DNA of 64,000 bases from Vicugna vicugna. Lineage: Eukaryota. The stretch spans positions 5,934,716 to 5,998,715 of the forward strand of contig MU058337.1 in NCBI GenBank assembly GCA_013265495.1, written 5' to 3'. Below the pieces are notes generated by a model. That model worked only from the letters and a program-made list of their open reading frames with translations. It searched no databases and was not told the DNA's origin. Of the stretch, positions 13,779 to 25,357 are shown piece after piece (position 1 is the first letter of the stretch; every line of letters starts with the position of its first letter). A program made the position numbers and the translations under genes.

Positions 13779-15941
13779 TTAGCAAATAGAATCCAACAAC
13801 ACATAAAAAAGATTATATATCATGACCAAGTGGGGTTCATCCCAGGGACACAAGGCTGGTTCAACATACGCAAATCAATCAATGTAATACATCACATCAA
13901 CAAGAGAAAGGACAAAAACCACATGATCATCTCAATCGATGCAGAAAAAGCATTTGATAAAATTCAACATCCATTTATGATAAAAACTCTCGCCAAAGTG
14001 GGTATAGAGGGAACATATCTCAACATCATAAAAGCTATATATGACAAACCTACAGCCAGCATAGTACTCAACAGTGAAAAACTCAAAAGCTTCCCACTAA
14101 AATCTGGGACAAGACAAGGATGCCCACTATCACCACTCCTATTCAACATAGTCCTGGAAGTCCTAGCCACAGCAGTCAGGCAAGAGAAAGAAATAAAAGG
14201 GATCCAAATTGGAAAAGAAGAGGTAAAAGTGTCATTATATGCTGACGACATGTTACTATATATAGAAAACCCTAAAAGGTCCACAAAAAAGCTACTAGAG
14301 CTGATCGAAGAATTCAGCAAGGTAGCAGGTTACAAAATTAATGTTCAAAAATCAGTTGCCTTTCTTTACACTAACGATAAATCAACAGAAAAAGAAAGTA
14401 AAGAAACAATCCCCTTTAAAATAGCACCCAAAGTAATAAAATATCTGGGAATAAATCTAACCAAGGAGGTGAAAGAATTATACACAGAAAACTATAAACC
14501 ATTGATGAAGGAAATTAAAGAAGACTTTAAAAAATGGAAAGATATTCCATGCTCTTGGATTGGAAGAATCAATATTGTTAAAATGGTCACACTGCCCAAG
14601 GCAATCTACAGATTTAATGCAATCCCTATCCAATTACCCAGGACATATTTCACAGAACTAGAACAAATCATAATAAAATTTATATGGAACCATCAAAGAC
14701 CTAGAATTGCTAAAGCATTACTGAAGAGAAAGAAAGAGGCTGGAGGAATAACTCTCCCAGACTTCAGACAATACTATAGAGCTACAGTCATCAAGACAGC
14801 ATGGTATTGGTACCAAAACAGACATATAGACCAATGGAACAGAATAGAGAGCCCAGAAATGAACCCACAAACTTTTGGTCAACTCATCTTCGACAAAGGA
14901 GGCAAGAATATACAATGGAATAAAGACAGTCTCTTCAGCAAATGGTGTTGGGAAAACTGGACAGCAGCATGTAAAACAATGAAGCTAGAACACACCCTTA
15001 CACCATATACAAAAATCAACTCAAAATGGATTAAAGACTTAAACATAAGACAAGATACAATAAACCTCCTAGAGGAAAACATAGGCAAAACATTATCTGA
15101 CATACATTTCAAAAATTTTCTCCTAGAAGAAATAAAAGCAAGAATAAACAAATGGGACCTAATGAAACTTACAAGCTTCTGCAGAGCAAAGGAAACCAGA
15201 AATAAAACAAGAAGAAAACCTACGGAATGGGAGAAAATTTTTGCAAGTGAAACCGACAAAGGCTTGATCTCCAAAATATATAAGCAGCTCATACGACTCA
15301 ATAAGAAAAAAATAAACAACCCAATCCAAAAATGGGCAGAAGACCTAAACAAGCAATTCTCCAAGGAAGACATACAAATGATCAAAAAGCACATGAAAAA
15401 ATGCTCAATATCACTAATTATCAGAGAAATGCAAATCAAAACTACAATGAGGTATCACCTCACACCAGTCAGAATGGCCGTCATTCAAAAATCCACAAAT
15501 GACAAATGCTGGAGAGGCTGTGGAGAAAGGGGAACCCTCCTACACTGCTGGTGGGAATGCAGTTTGGTGCAGCCACTATGGAAAACAGTGTGGAGATTCC
15601 TCAAAAGACTAGGAATAGACTTACCATATGACCCAGGAATCCCACTCCTGGGCTTGTATCCAGAAGGAAATCTACTTCAGGATGACACCTGCACTCCAAT
15701 GTTCATAGCAGCACTATTTACAATAGCCAAAACATGGAAACAGCCTAAATGACCATCAACAGGTGACTGGATAAAGAAGAGGTGGTATATTTATACAATG
15801 GAATACTACTCAGCCATAAAAACTGACAACATAACGCCATTTGCAGCAACATGGATGCTCCTAGAGAATGTCATTCTAAGTGAAGTGAGCCAGAAAGAGA
15901 AAGAAAAATACCATATGAGATCGCTCATATGTGGAATCTAA
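13779..15941 (+). pseudogene. L1 ORF2p C-terminal part (reverse transcriptase + CCHC), no endonuclease domain, one premature stop
   Basis: ORF 13830..15752 contains [22 protein letters not shown] (14238-14249) and [21 protein letters not shown] at 15750-15752 replaces Cys of KQPKCPS; the same frame continues to the natural TAA at 15939-15941. Confidence 0.93.
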
Positions 15942-16268
15942 AAAACAAAAACAAAAACAAACAAACAAAAACAAAGCATAAATATAGGACAGAAATAGAC
16001 TCACGGACAGAGAATACAGACTTGTGGTTACCAGGGGAGTGGAGGGTGGGAAGGGATAGACTGGGATTTCAAAATTGTAGAATAGATAAACAAGATTACA
16101 CTGTATAGCACAGGGAAATATACACAAAATGTTATGATAACTCACAGAGAAAAAAATGTGACAATGAGTGTGTATATGCCCATGAATGACTGAAAAATTG
16201 TGCTCAACACTGAAATTTGACACAACATTGTAAAATGATTATAAATCAATAAAAAATGTTAAAAAAAA
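13779..16268 (+). mobile_element. Young 5'-truncated LINE-1 (~2.5 kb), antisense to PCCA, with 3' UTR, AATAAA, poly(A) and 13-bp TSD
   Basis: TSD aagactgaggaag at 13766-13778 and 16269-16281. Empty site TT|AAGA resembles the L1 endonuclease consensus. Long ORF2 frame; poly(A) at ~16261. Confidence 0.97.
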
Positions 16269-16657
16269 AAGACTGAGGAAGCTTGAAATGCTGTAAGAAT
16301 ACATTAATCAAACCCTTTTTATATCGTAAAAATTTTTTAGCAATTTTATCAACCTAAATATATTTTGCTTTTTGATTTGTCCTCAGAAACGATCAGATAA
16401 GTCTGTAAAAATGTACTTCATGTTGATAAAGTTAGAATATAACTCTTATCAGAACAAGTTAACCTCTTAAATTCAAGTGAACATTACTAATAACTTCATC
16501 GACAATTTAATGAAATATAAAATTCAAAAAAATTCATATTTCAATATATATTCAAAAATTTTCAACCAAAATATGCAGTTGATATCTATCCTGCATTTAA
16601 CCTACTCATAAAAGTGTTTTGTTTCTTCAAAAGCACATTACTAGTATAGTCAGCAAC

Positions 16658-16826
16658 TTTTTTTTTAATGCTTATTTTTTTTAACATTTTTATTGAGTCA
16701 TAGTCATTTTACAATGTGTCAAATTCCAGTGTAGAGCACAATTTTTCAGTTATACATGAACATGCATAGTCACTGTCACATTTTTTTTTGCTGTGAGCTA
16801 CCACAAGATCTTGCATATATTTCCCT
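16658..16826 (-). mobile_element. Short L1 3'-end fragment, same lineage as the young L1
   Basis: Reverse complement aligns by eye with the 3' UTR at ~16112-16268; poly(T) at 16658; no TSD seen. Confidence 0.85.
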
Positions 16827-16970
16827 AAAGGTGGGGCACAGTCTCGTGACCTGCTTTCGCCAATGGACCGTTAATGGAAGGATGCAGGCTGAAGCTCTAA
16901 GAACCAGTCATGACTCCGCACCCTCACTCTTCTCCATCAGGACGACTAGCAACATGGCAGCCTGAGTCTC
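16827..16970 (+). mobile_element. MLT1 (ERVL-MaLR) LTR internal fragment
   Basis: gtgacctgctttcgccaatgg...gaagctctaagaaccag...cagcctgagtc resembles the MLT1H/I/J consensus. Confidence 0.55.
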
Positions 16971-17171
16971 CTGTCAGGAATGTAGCAGCATGTATTGTGT
17001 CCAGGAATTTATTCTCTGCTATGAAATTTCCTCTGACCTGACATCTTTGAGTTGGAGTTAACTTATTAAACTGTTATGGCATACCCAGAATTCTCTTGGG
17101 GCAAAGAAAGTAGCAGAGAGGTGGGGAGTCAGTATGTTTCTGTTATGTGAATAACTGTAGATAGAATTCCA
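16971..17171 (-). repeat. Right arm of 201-bp inverted duplication
   Basis: Reverse complement of 12736-12936; differences at 12742/17165 and 12797/17110. Confidence 0.97.
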
Positions 17172-17634
17172 GCACACAGCCCTCTAACACCGGGTACATA
17201 CACTCCAACACAGGAAATTCAAAACCGTAGGCTACATGAAACAAACCCCCTAATTAATCCATTCCTTAACTTCCAAAACTGAATACCAAATTACTTATTA
17301 AATAGGCTAGGTTAATTATTCCTAATAGACAGGTCCTAGGATCATCAGTCTTACTTATCTCATTTTAGAAATAAAGAATATAGAGAATACACACCAAGAT
17401 GACAATTTCATGCTGTAATTTTTCAAATTTACACTTCACAAAGACTTTGAAAACGTTATTTTTAACAAAGTTAAAGCACTTCACTAAGTAGTTAAGTCCA
17501 AAAGAACACCATCTTTTTAGGTTTTAAAAAGAACATTTACTCCCCACCAGAAGCGCTACAGACACGAGGAAAGCTGTGCACTTCTTATCCTCAAGAAATA
17601 CATAGTCTACTGGGCGGTCACCCAGATCCTTCTA

Positions 17635-17670
17635 ACAGGGGTGCAAAAATCACAGGGGTGCAAAAATCAC
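17635..17670. repeat. Perfect 17-bp tandem duplication (acaggggtgcaaaaatc x2)
   Basis: Units at 17635-17651 and 17652-17668. Confidence 0.9.
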
Positions 17671-18103
17671 ACTGCTTTCAAGGACCAGGACCCTACATGT
17701 TAAATCTCTCCAATACAGACCCATTTCCCCATCGCCATGGTAACCACTGTTGAGCTTACTAACACCTCCTACTTGCACTGGCGCTCAGCGGACTCTAGCA
17801 GGCCTCCCGCACTGCTCCAAGCTCTTCTCCCTAGGGCAGGCAGAGTGATCCTCCTCACAGCTAACTCTGACCCATTTCCTAAAGGAAGGTCTTCTCCGTT
17901 TCTCCCTGCTCTCCAGATAAATCCAGACCATTTGACATGGCTCACAAATTCCACGTCATCCACTCATTTGACTGTGGTCTTTTCCTTCACCTCTCTCTTC
18001 TCACCGCCCTCCTTCCCTGCCACGAGGTCCTCTACTTTAAGCTTTCCATGCTCCACTCACATATGAATTCTTCCATTCCTCATACTTTTTAACTTATATC
18101 TTC

Positions 18104-18141
18104 ATCACTTCTTGGCCTTTTGGCTAAGATCAAGTGTAGTA
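18104..18141 (+). pseudogene. 3'-truncated (tailless) U2 snRNA retropseudogene, U2 nt 1-38
   Basis: atcacttcttggccttttggctaagatcaagtgtagta versus U2 ATCGCTTCTCGGCCTTTTGGCTAAGATCAAGTGTAGTA (2 CpG-type changes). Flanking direct repeat tatatcttc (acttatatcttc / acatatatcttc). Confidence 0.93.
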
Positions 18142-19496
18142 CATATATCTTCAAACCCTGACCCCCCTGCCCCACCCGACCCTCCTTCTGTAGGACTGCG
18201 CTTGGCTGTCACTTCCGTCCTAAGGCCATAATGACCACCTCCATATCCAGGTCAGGTCTCCCCCACATGTTCTCCACAGTGCTGGCCTCTCCCCATCATT
18301 GCTCACTTGTTCCACTTGACCGACACAGCCTCTGTCCTTGTCACATTCCACAGATGACAAATTCTACAAATACTCAGACATCATCGCCCGTGATCACTAC
18401 TAGCCCTCCAGGACCTATGTCATTTGAGGTCCTCAATAAACAACTATTAAGCTATATTACAACTTAAATGATAAATGTACAGTGGCTAAAAATACATTAA
18501 AATTAATTTAATGATCAAGTCACTCAGCAAAGGTACTTTAACTGTTTGCTTCGCTATTCATTTTATTTATAAATAAGTCTGAGTGGCCAATAATATCATG
18601 CAAAAATGAATAAAACAACTTTCAATAAGTTTTTGTTGTAGTTTTACCATTGCCCATCACAGGCTACTAGACTACTATGGATTATTTTTAAGGGCTTACA
18701 AAACTGAACTGAACTCAACCTGAACATTGAAAAGTTTTATTCCAAATAAAACTCTTCAGAAAGCAGCGATAATACTAAAGATCACTTGAAGTCTTAATTA
18801 TAGTATTTGCCAACTCTAATATGGTAACAACCAATACCATTTAGTGATTTCATTTCCAAAGTAACTGGATTTCAAAACTTATTTTTTTCATTTAGTCACA
18901 TAACAAGTTACTTGACTCTTGAGCACAACATGAATGAGCCATTCAAGAGGTTACAGGTGCAACTGTCCCCCAATGAGACCAGCAGTTTCCCAGACTGCAT
19001 GGGCAGGAGCCGTACCTTTTTAGGAAATTCAGTCCTGTGGTTCAAAAGCATAGTACCATAACCCCCGAACAAGGATGCATTTAAAAGTAAACAGATCAAG
19101 CTGTGCAGGGCTGCTCTTCAGACTTGATTTTTGTACGCCCTCGTTTATCTGACCCCCTCCTATCAGACATCAAGCTGATTTGGATGAGTTCGCTTCGAAA
19201 GGATATTCTTTACTGTGAGGTAAAGAAGTCATGTTGGAAAGCAAGTTACTTTTGGACCTTCTTTCTTAAACCAAGAGTAAGAGAGAATAATTCCATTCTA
19301 TCGGTGACGTTTCAAGACCAATGAAGTTACTACGAATTCTGGGACACTGAGCAAAACTTCTGGAAAGAGCTCTCCTTACCTTTTGCTATTAGCAAAACAT
19401 ACATCTCCCTAACTCTTCTGTGTAATAATCTCTCTGGGTAGTTTAGACACCTACAGGAGGAAAAATGAGGCTGTTGGAGGGGTGTCCAAATCTACA

Positions 19497-20295
19497 AATC
19501 TTTTATCCACTTTGTGTTAATTTTGTTATATTAGCTCAACATGAGGTAGGGATCCAACTTCATTCTTTTATATACAGAAAACCAATTGTTCCAGCACCAT
19601 TTGTTGAAAAGGCTATTCTTTTCCCACTGAATTATTTTAGCACTTTGTCAACAATCACTTGACTATCCATGTATGGGTTTGCTTCTGGATTCTCAATTCT
19701 CTTCTACTGACCTACATGTTTCTTTATGCAAGTACTACGCTGTCTTGACTTCAAGACAGTTTTATAGTAAGTTTTGAATGGAGGAACTAAGTTCTCCAAC
19801 TTTGTTCTTTTTATCACGATTATTTTGGCAATTCTGGATTTCTTAAGTTTCTATTTGAATGTTAGTATCAGCTTGTCAATTTCTGACAAAATTACAGCCT
19901 GGATTCTGATAGGAATTACACTGAATCTGTAGATCAATTTGGGAAGTAATGTCATCTGAACAATACTAAGTCATTCAATTCATGAATGTGAATGAAATGC
20001 TCTCTGTTTGGATTTTAATTGTTTTCAGTAATATTCACAGTTTAAGTTTTGCACTTCTTTCATTAAATTTACTCCTAAGTATTTTACTTTTTTGATGTTC
20101 TTGTAAATGGAATTGCTTTCATAATTTTATTTTTGGATTGTTCATTGCAAGTGTGTAGATATACAACTGGTTTTTATATATTTATTTTTTATCCAGGACT
20201 CTTGGCTAAACTTGTTTGTTATTTGTAATAGCTTCTTAATGGATTTCTTAGGATTTTCCACATATAACAACATATAATCTGTAAATGGAGATTTT
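19497..20295 (-). mobile_element. Old L1 ORF2 fragment
   Basis: ccagcaccatttgttgaaaagg, gaatctgtagatcaatttggg and similar motifs are antisense L1 ORF2; the frame is decayed. Confidence 0.85.
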
Positions 20296-20908
20296 TATAA
20301 TTTTCACCAATTATAATTAGTTTGCTGCAATGACCTGCTGTTCCAGAAGTGAATATTTGCTATTTAACTAATAATATAAATGTTTATCAACATGAAACTT
20401 ACTTGAAATTGGAAGGATAAAAAGATTTTGACTGTAATTTAAAATTGTAGCAAAGTTTTTATGCCAATCAAGAAGTTAAGTTTTGACCTTTTTATACGAA
20501 GCAAAAAAAAAAAAACAAAACCTAATTCAGGAAAACAAACTGAGTTTCTAAAAAACCAAAGTATTATTCTCCTTGACCATATTAAAAGCTATTTTAGATC
20601 ATTTAGATTTTTCTTTATGATCATTAACACTAAATTACATTGATATGCCAAAATTCAATAGTCTAAAGATTCTGATTCTTAAGAAGCAGTTTACAAGGTC
20701 TGTAGAAAAATTTCTAACAGTGGCTCCCTGTAACAAAGAATATCTAATTCAGTATCTAGGATCATATATAACTTTTTTCTAGTTTATTAGGAGTTAACAT
20801 GAAATATCAGGCAAAAAAAAGTTTAAGTGAATGTACAGTGCTCATTTTTCTCATCTTTGGGAAGGCCAAGTTCCTAAGCCAATTTTCTTCACATCAAGAG
20901 TACTCTGA

Positions 20909-20950
20909 AAAAAAATTTTTTTTAGTAAAAAATAATAATAAAAAATAAAA
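20909..20950 (+). mobile_element. Tail-only retrotransposition product (42-bp A-rich insert with 13-bp TSD)
   Basis: Perfect direct repeat aagagtactctga at 20896-20908 and 20951-20963 around an A/T-rich insert. Confidence 0.75.
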
Positions 20951-21419
20951 AAGAGTACTCTGACATTTTTCTTCAAAGTCAATTATCCTCAATGTGAATT
21001 TAGCTCACCATCTTTAAGATAACAAACACATTAATCTTTTCTTTAACATGAGCTATTTGACCAGTTTTGTGTTAATGCAGAATAAAAGAGAAATGGAAAA
21101 CATCTTGGGAATCCAGGAGGGAATCATGAAAATATTATAAACAAAAATCAATTTTTTATAAGTTTATCATCTTAATAAGCTAAATAATATTTCAATTTTG
21201 TGTTTACCAGGTTCTATACTTTTTAATTAATTCTGCTGACACTTACATCCAGAGTCAGAATAAAGACTTAAAATATAAAATACCTCTCCTTCTTCACTTA
21301 AGTTTATTTCTACTATATTTTCATTTCCCCAAATTTCCATCCTCCCTACTACAAAATTTTTCACTAAAATACAGATTTGCATTGGTTTGTATCAAATTTG
21401 TAACCAATTCTGACAAAAT

Positions 21420-22850
21420 GCATTAACATTTTCTTCCTTTTAAAGGCTGAATCATATTCCATTGTGTGTATATAACACATTTTGTTTATCTATTCCTCTG
21501 TCACTGGGTGCTTGGGTTGCCTCCACATCTTGACTATTGTGAATAAGGTGGCTAAACCTGAATGTGCAAATATCTCTTCAAGACCCTGCTTTCAGTTTTA
21601 TTTTGGATGAACACCCAGCAGTGGAATTGCTGGATCATACGATAGTTCTACTTTTATTTTGAAGAACCACAATCCTGTTTTCCACAGCAGCTCCATCAAG
21701 AGTGCAAAAGAATTCCAATTTCTCTCATCCTCACCAACATTTATTATTTTCTGGGTTTTGGTTTGGTTTTTTTGATAGCAGCCATCCTAAGTGCTGTGAC
21801 TTTGTCTCTAATTATGGTTTTGATTTGTGTTTCCCTAATGATTAGTGATGTTGAGCATTTTTCATGTGCTTATTGGCCATCTGTATATCTTCTCTGCAGA
21901 AATGTCTACTCAAGTCCTTTGTCCATTTTAAAATCAGGTTGTTTCTTTTGCTGTTGAATTGTTAGAGTTCTTTATACACTCAGAAAAATATGCAAATACA
22001 TCAGATATATGCAAATACTTTCTCCCATTCCATAGATTGCCTTTTCACTCATTGACTTTGATGCACAAAAGTTTAAAATGTTGATGTAGTCTTACTTATT
22101 TTTTCTTTTGTTGCCTATGTTTTTGATGTCATACCTAAGGAAATATCATCAAATTCAATGTAATAAGGCTTTTCCCCCTGTGTTTTCTTCTAAGAGTTTT
22201 ATCACTTTAACAGTTACACTTAGGTCCCTAATACATTTCAAATTAATTTTGCATAAAATGTAAGGTAAGGGTCCAACTTCATTGTTTTGTGCGTGGATAT
22301 CCAATTTTCCCAGTGCTATTTGTTGAAAACACTGTCCTTTCCCTATTGAATGGTCTTGGCTCTCCTGTCAAAAATCGTGTTTATGTCTAGGCTCCCAATT
22401 CTGTTCCATTGGTCTATGTGTCTGTTTTATGCCAGAAGCACACTATTTTGATTATCATAGTTTTGTAGTAAGTTTTGAAATTAAGAAGTGTGAGCTCTTC
22501 AACTCTGATCTTCTTTCTCAAAATTTTTTCAGCTCTTTGGTGTCCCTTGAGATTCCATATGAATTTTGGGATTTTTTTTTTTTTCTGTTTCTGCAAAAAG
22601 TCAGTTGGGATTCTGATAGGGATTACACTGAATCTGTAGATTGCTTTGGGTAATACTGACATTACAGCAACATTAAGGCTTCCAATCCATGAACATGAGA
22701 TGGCTTTCCATTTATTTGTGTCCTCTTTAATTTCTTTTAGCAACATTTTAGTTTCCAGTGTACAAGTCTTTCTCCTCCATGTTTAAGTTTATTTCTAAGT
22801 ATCTTATTCTTTGTAATGTTACTGTAAATGTAATTGTTTTCGCTTTGCAT
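21420..22850 (-). mobile_element. Old L1 (L1MA/MB-like) ORF2 3' part
   Basis: ORF 22414..22746(-) LKEIKEDTNKWKAISCSWIG...LPKAIYRF is L1 ORF2-like. Confidence 0.9.
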
Positions 22851-25254
22851 ATTTTTAAATCTTACATAAATCATTAAATATATATATATTTCACAACTTT
22901 CCTTTTCACTATTATTATGATACACGAAAGTGTATAATGTATAAGAAAGAGACACAGCACCTTCAAGACAGCTGTCACCTCTGCAGATGAAGAGGGCAGA
23001 ATGGGATGATGTAAAGAAGAGATGTAGCTGCATCTATGAATTTTCTTCCTTTTTAATAGGAGACCTATGTAGAAGATTTGCACATTTGTTGTGTTTTCCT
23101 CATTTGAAATATCTTATAATTTTTTTTAAATTTAACTCAATAAAATAATTCTGAAAATGTGAAAGCATTACTGTGAACTAAACAAATACGCTTGTACTAC
23201 TAGCTCTTGGATCATTACCCTAGACAGTCACCTCTAGGCTGATTAACTTTCTGTTGATGTGGTAGTGGGTGATCAAGAAAAACAAGCAAACGCTCGCAGC
23301 TCTCCCCTGTGGGGCCCTAAGAGAAGGAGTTAGACACTATTAAACTCTTAATACCAATGAGAGCCTTTACGTCACACTATTCAACGTGTCTCCTTTCACA
23401 ATACTGACGTCAAATGAAGTTCTGTCCAAATACAGATAGGAAAAATGGATACATCAGTAATACTTACTTTTTATTAGGTTTGATGCTTCTGATAGTAGCT
23501 AAGCCAATAAATACAGGAAGTAGTTTTTGATATTACATATCAAGGTAGATATTTCCCAGGGAAATTTTTAATGCATTAATTTTGATGTGTCTTTTAAATA
23601 GTTCTACCTTCCTCACAAGCTAAAAAGTAAAGTAGGGGTAATTCTATAGGAAAAATTCAAAAGATACCACTCGAGCTGTCAGGCCAATGGGCTCTAGTTT
23701 TCCAATATGGAATCTGAAATGAGCACAGAAATAACAGCTCTAAGAAGTAATCTGGGCAGCTTTCTTGTTAAGGCAAGGTACTGCTAAGAAAACACTGTAT
23801 CAGAGCATCAGATGAACAGTAGCACTTCAATGTAACAGTACAGAACTGAAAATTACCTCAGTGTCTACATTTTTTTGTAAAGTTAATCTTCCCTTAGGAA
23901 AATGCTACACTATAATATTTATTTTCTTTTATTTTTTACTATTCAATGCATATAATTTGTTACTCAAGCTGATGTACAGGTAAGTGTCCACTTACAAAGC
24001 TATTTTTTTTAAATGATCATATAGAAAGGAGGGACGTAAAGAATCACATAAGTTCATCGCAAAATATAAGACAACTGTTTAACTCCATCACAGTCTTCTC
24101 ATTTTAAGACAGCTCAGTGAAATAACTTATTGACAGATGTTCTAGCAATTGTGGCATACAGAATGAATTACAAAATTTAAAGACGACCAAGAAGACTACA
24201 CTTAATCCGTGAATTATTGGCATTTAATTTTGACTCTAACTGCCACATAAGAATGTCACCTTCTCCAGTGTAACAGCCTAACACTTACCTAGCACACAGG
24301 AGGCGTGCAATAAGTATCTGCTGAATAACTGAATTCTCATTAATCCTTGACCTGCAGTATTTTCTACCTGGGATCAAGAATCTGCCACATACCTCAAGCC
24401 TCATCAGGTGTTATTTGGGTGAAATTATATTACTTTGATTTTCATACCTTGTTTAAATCTTTTGATAAAAAGTCATTTTCCCCCAAATAAAATGGCATCT
24501 CAATGCAACTTAGCCATGAGATGCAAAATGTAATTTAATATAATATTCATTATACTAACTTTATATAATATATGTAATGAATATATGGTATTCACTATAC
24601 TAACTATATACAACCGTATAGCAGATTCTGCAGGGTGATGCTGAAAGTAAAAAAGGACTCAAGTGAAAACAGTAGCACTTCATGGTGTTTTTCTGGCAAT
24701 CTCAAATCACAGAATTTAAATGTCATTCATACCACAATATAAACACTAAGTCTTATTGTAACATTGTTCAGTTTAAGCCAGAATTAAACCAAAGCAGTTC
24801 TGTTACGGATACTATCGAAGAGGTCTAAGTTCTTCTAAACAAATGGAATGTCTCTGTAAAGTAAATTTAGTTGAAAGAACACCTCACAAGAAAATGTTAT
24901 ATGAGGCTTCAGCTTACTTGTTTTAAAAGAAACACAGCTATCATACATTTGGAATTATAATTAAAGACGGTCTTCTCTGTAACAAAGGCAAACGCATTAC
25001 TTCTGAATAACAAAAGAAAAATGAATCAGGTATCAGGAAGTGGGTTTAGAATGTGGCTAAGTCTGGGAATAGGTTTCCTAATTAACATAAGAGAACAAAA
25101 ATTTCCATTTACATTCAGCTTCCTCCAGAAGATGAAACAGATACATAGCTATGTTGTAGATTCAAAAGAAGAGAGTCATGGAATATGTTAGAAATTGTTT
25201 TACATATTCATAGATAATTTCAAGATTACCAAAAAAGTAAAAAATAAAACTCAC

Positions 25255-25357
25255 AGAGAACGTTGGCCCATTGTTTGATGTTACAACAGTATGAACTTCA
25301 TCATGCAATTTTACTGAGAGCTCCCAGTCAGCCACTTGTGGTTTTATAATAGGCACT
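25255..25357 (-). CDS. PCCA: PCCA coding exon (human exon 19 equivalent), 103 nt, BT-domain region
   Basis: Translation (R)[34 protein letters not shown], contained in ORF 25162..25377. Acceptor ttttctttctacttcag, donor TCT|gtgagt, phase 2/0. Confidence 0.97.

Larger units (their letters stand above)
1..25254 (-). other. PCCA: PCCA intron after the exon 19 equivalent (partial, runs off the window)
   Basis: Starts at the gtgagt donor. The next expected exon (VEVDGSKLNVTS...) was not found in 1-25254. Confidence 0.85.

Noticed and set aside
13830..15752. 640-aa ORF as a functional gene
   Set aside because: It starts at an internal GTG, lacks the L1 promoter, ORF1 and endonuclease, and ends at a premature stop.
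12736..17171. A novel TIR-bounded transposon carrying a reverse transcriptase
   Set aside because: The RT is an ordinary 5'-truncated L1 with its own TSD and poly(A), inserted independently. There is no TSD outside the arms and no transposase.
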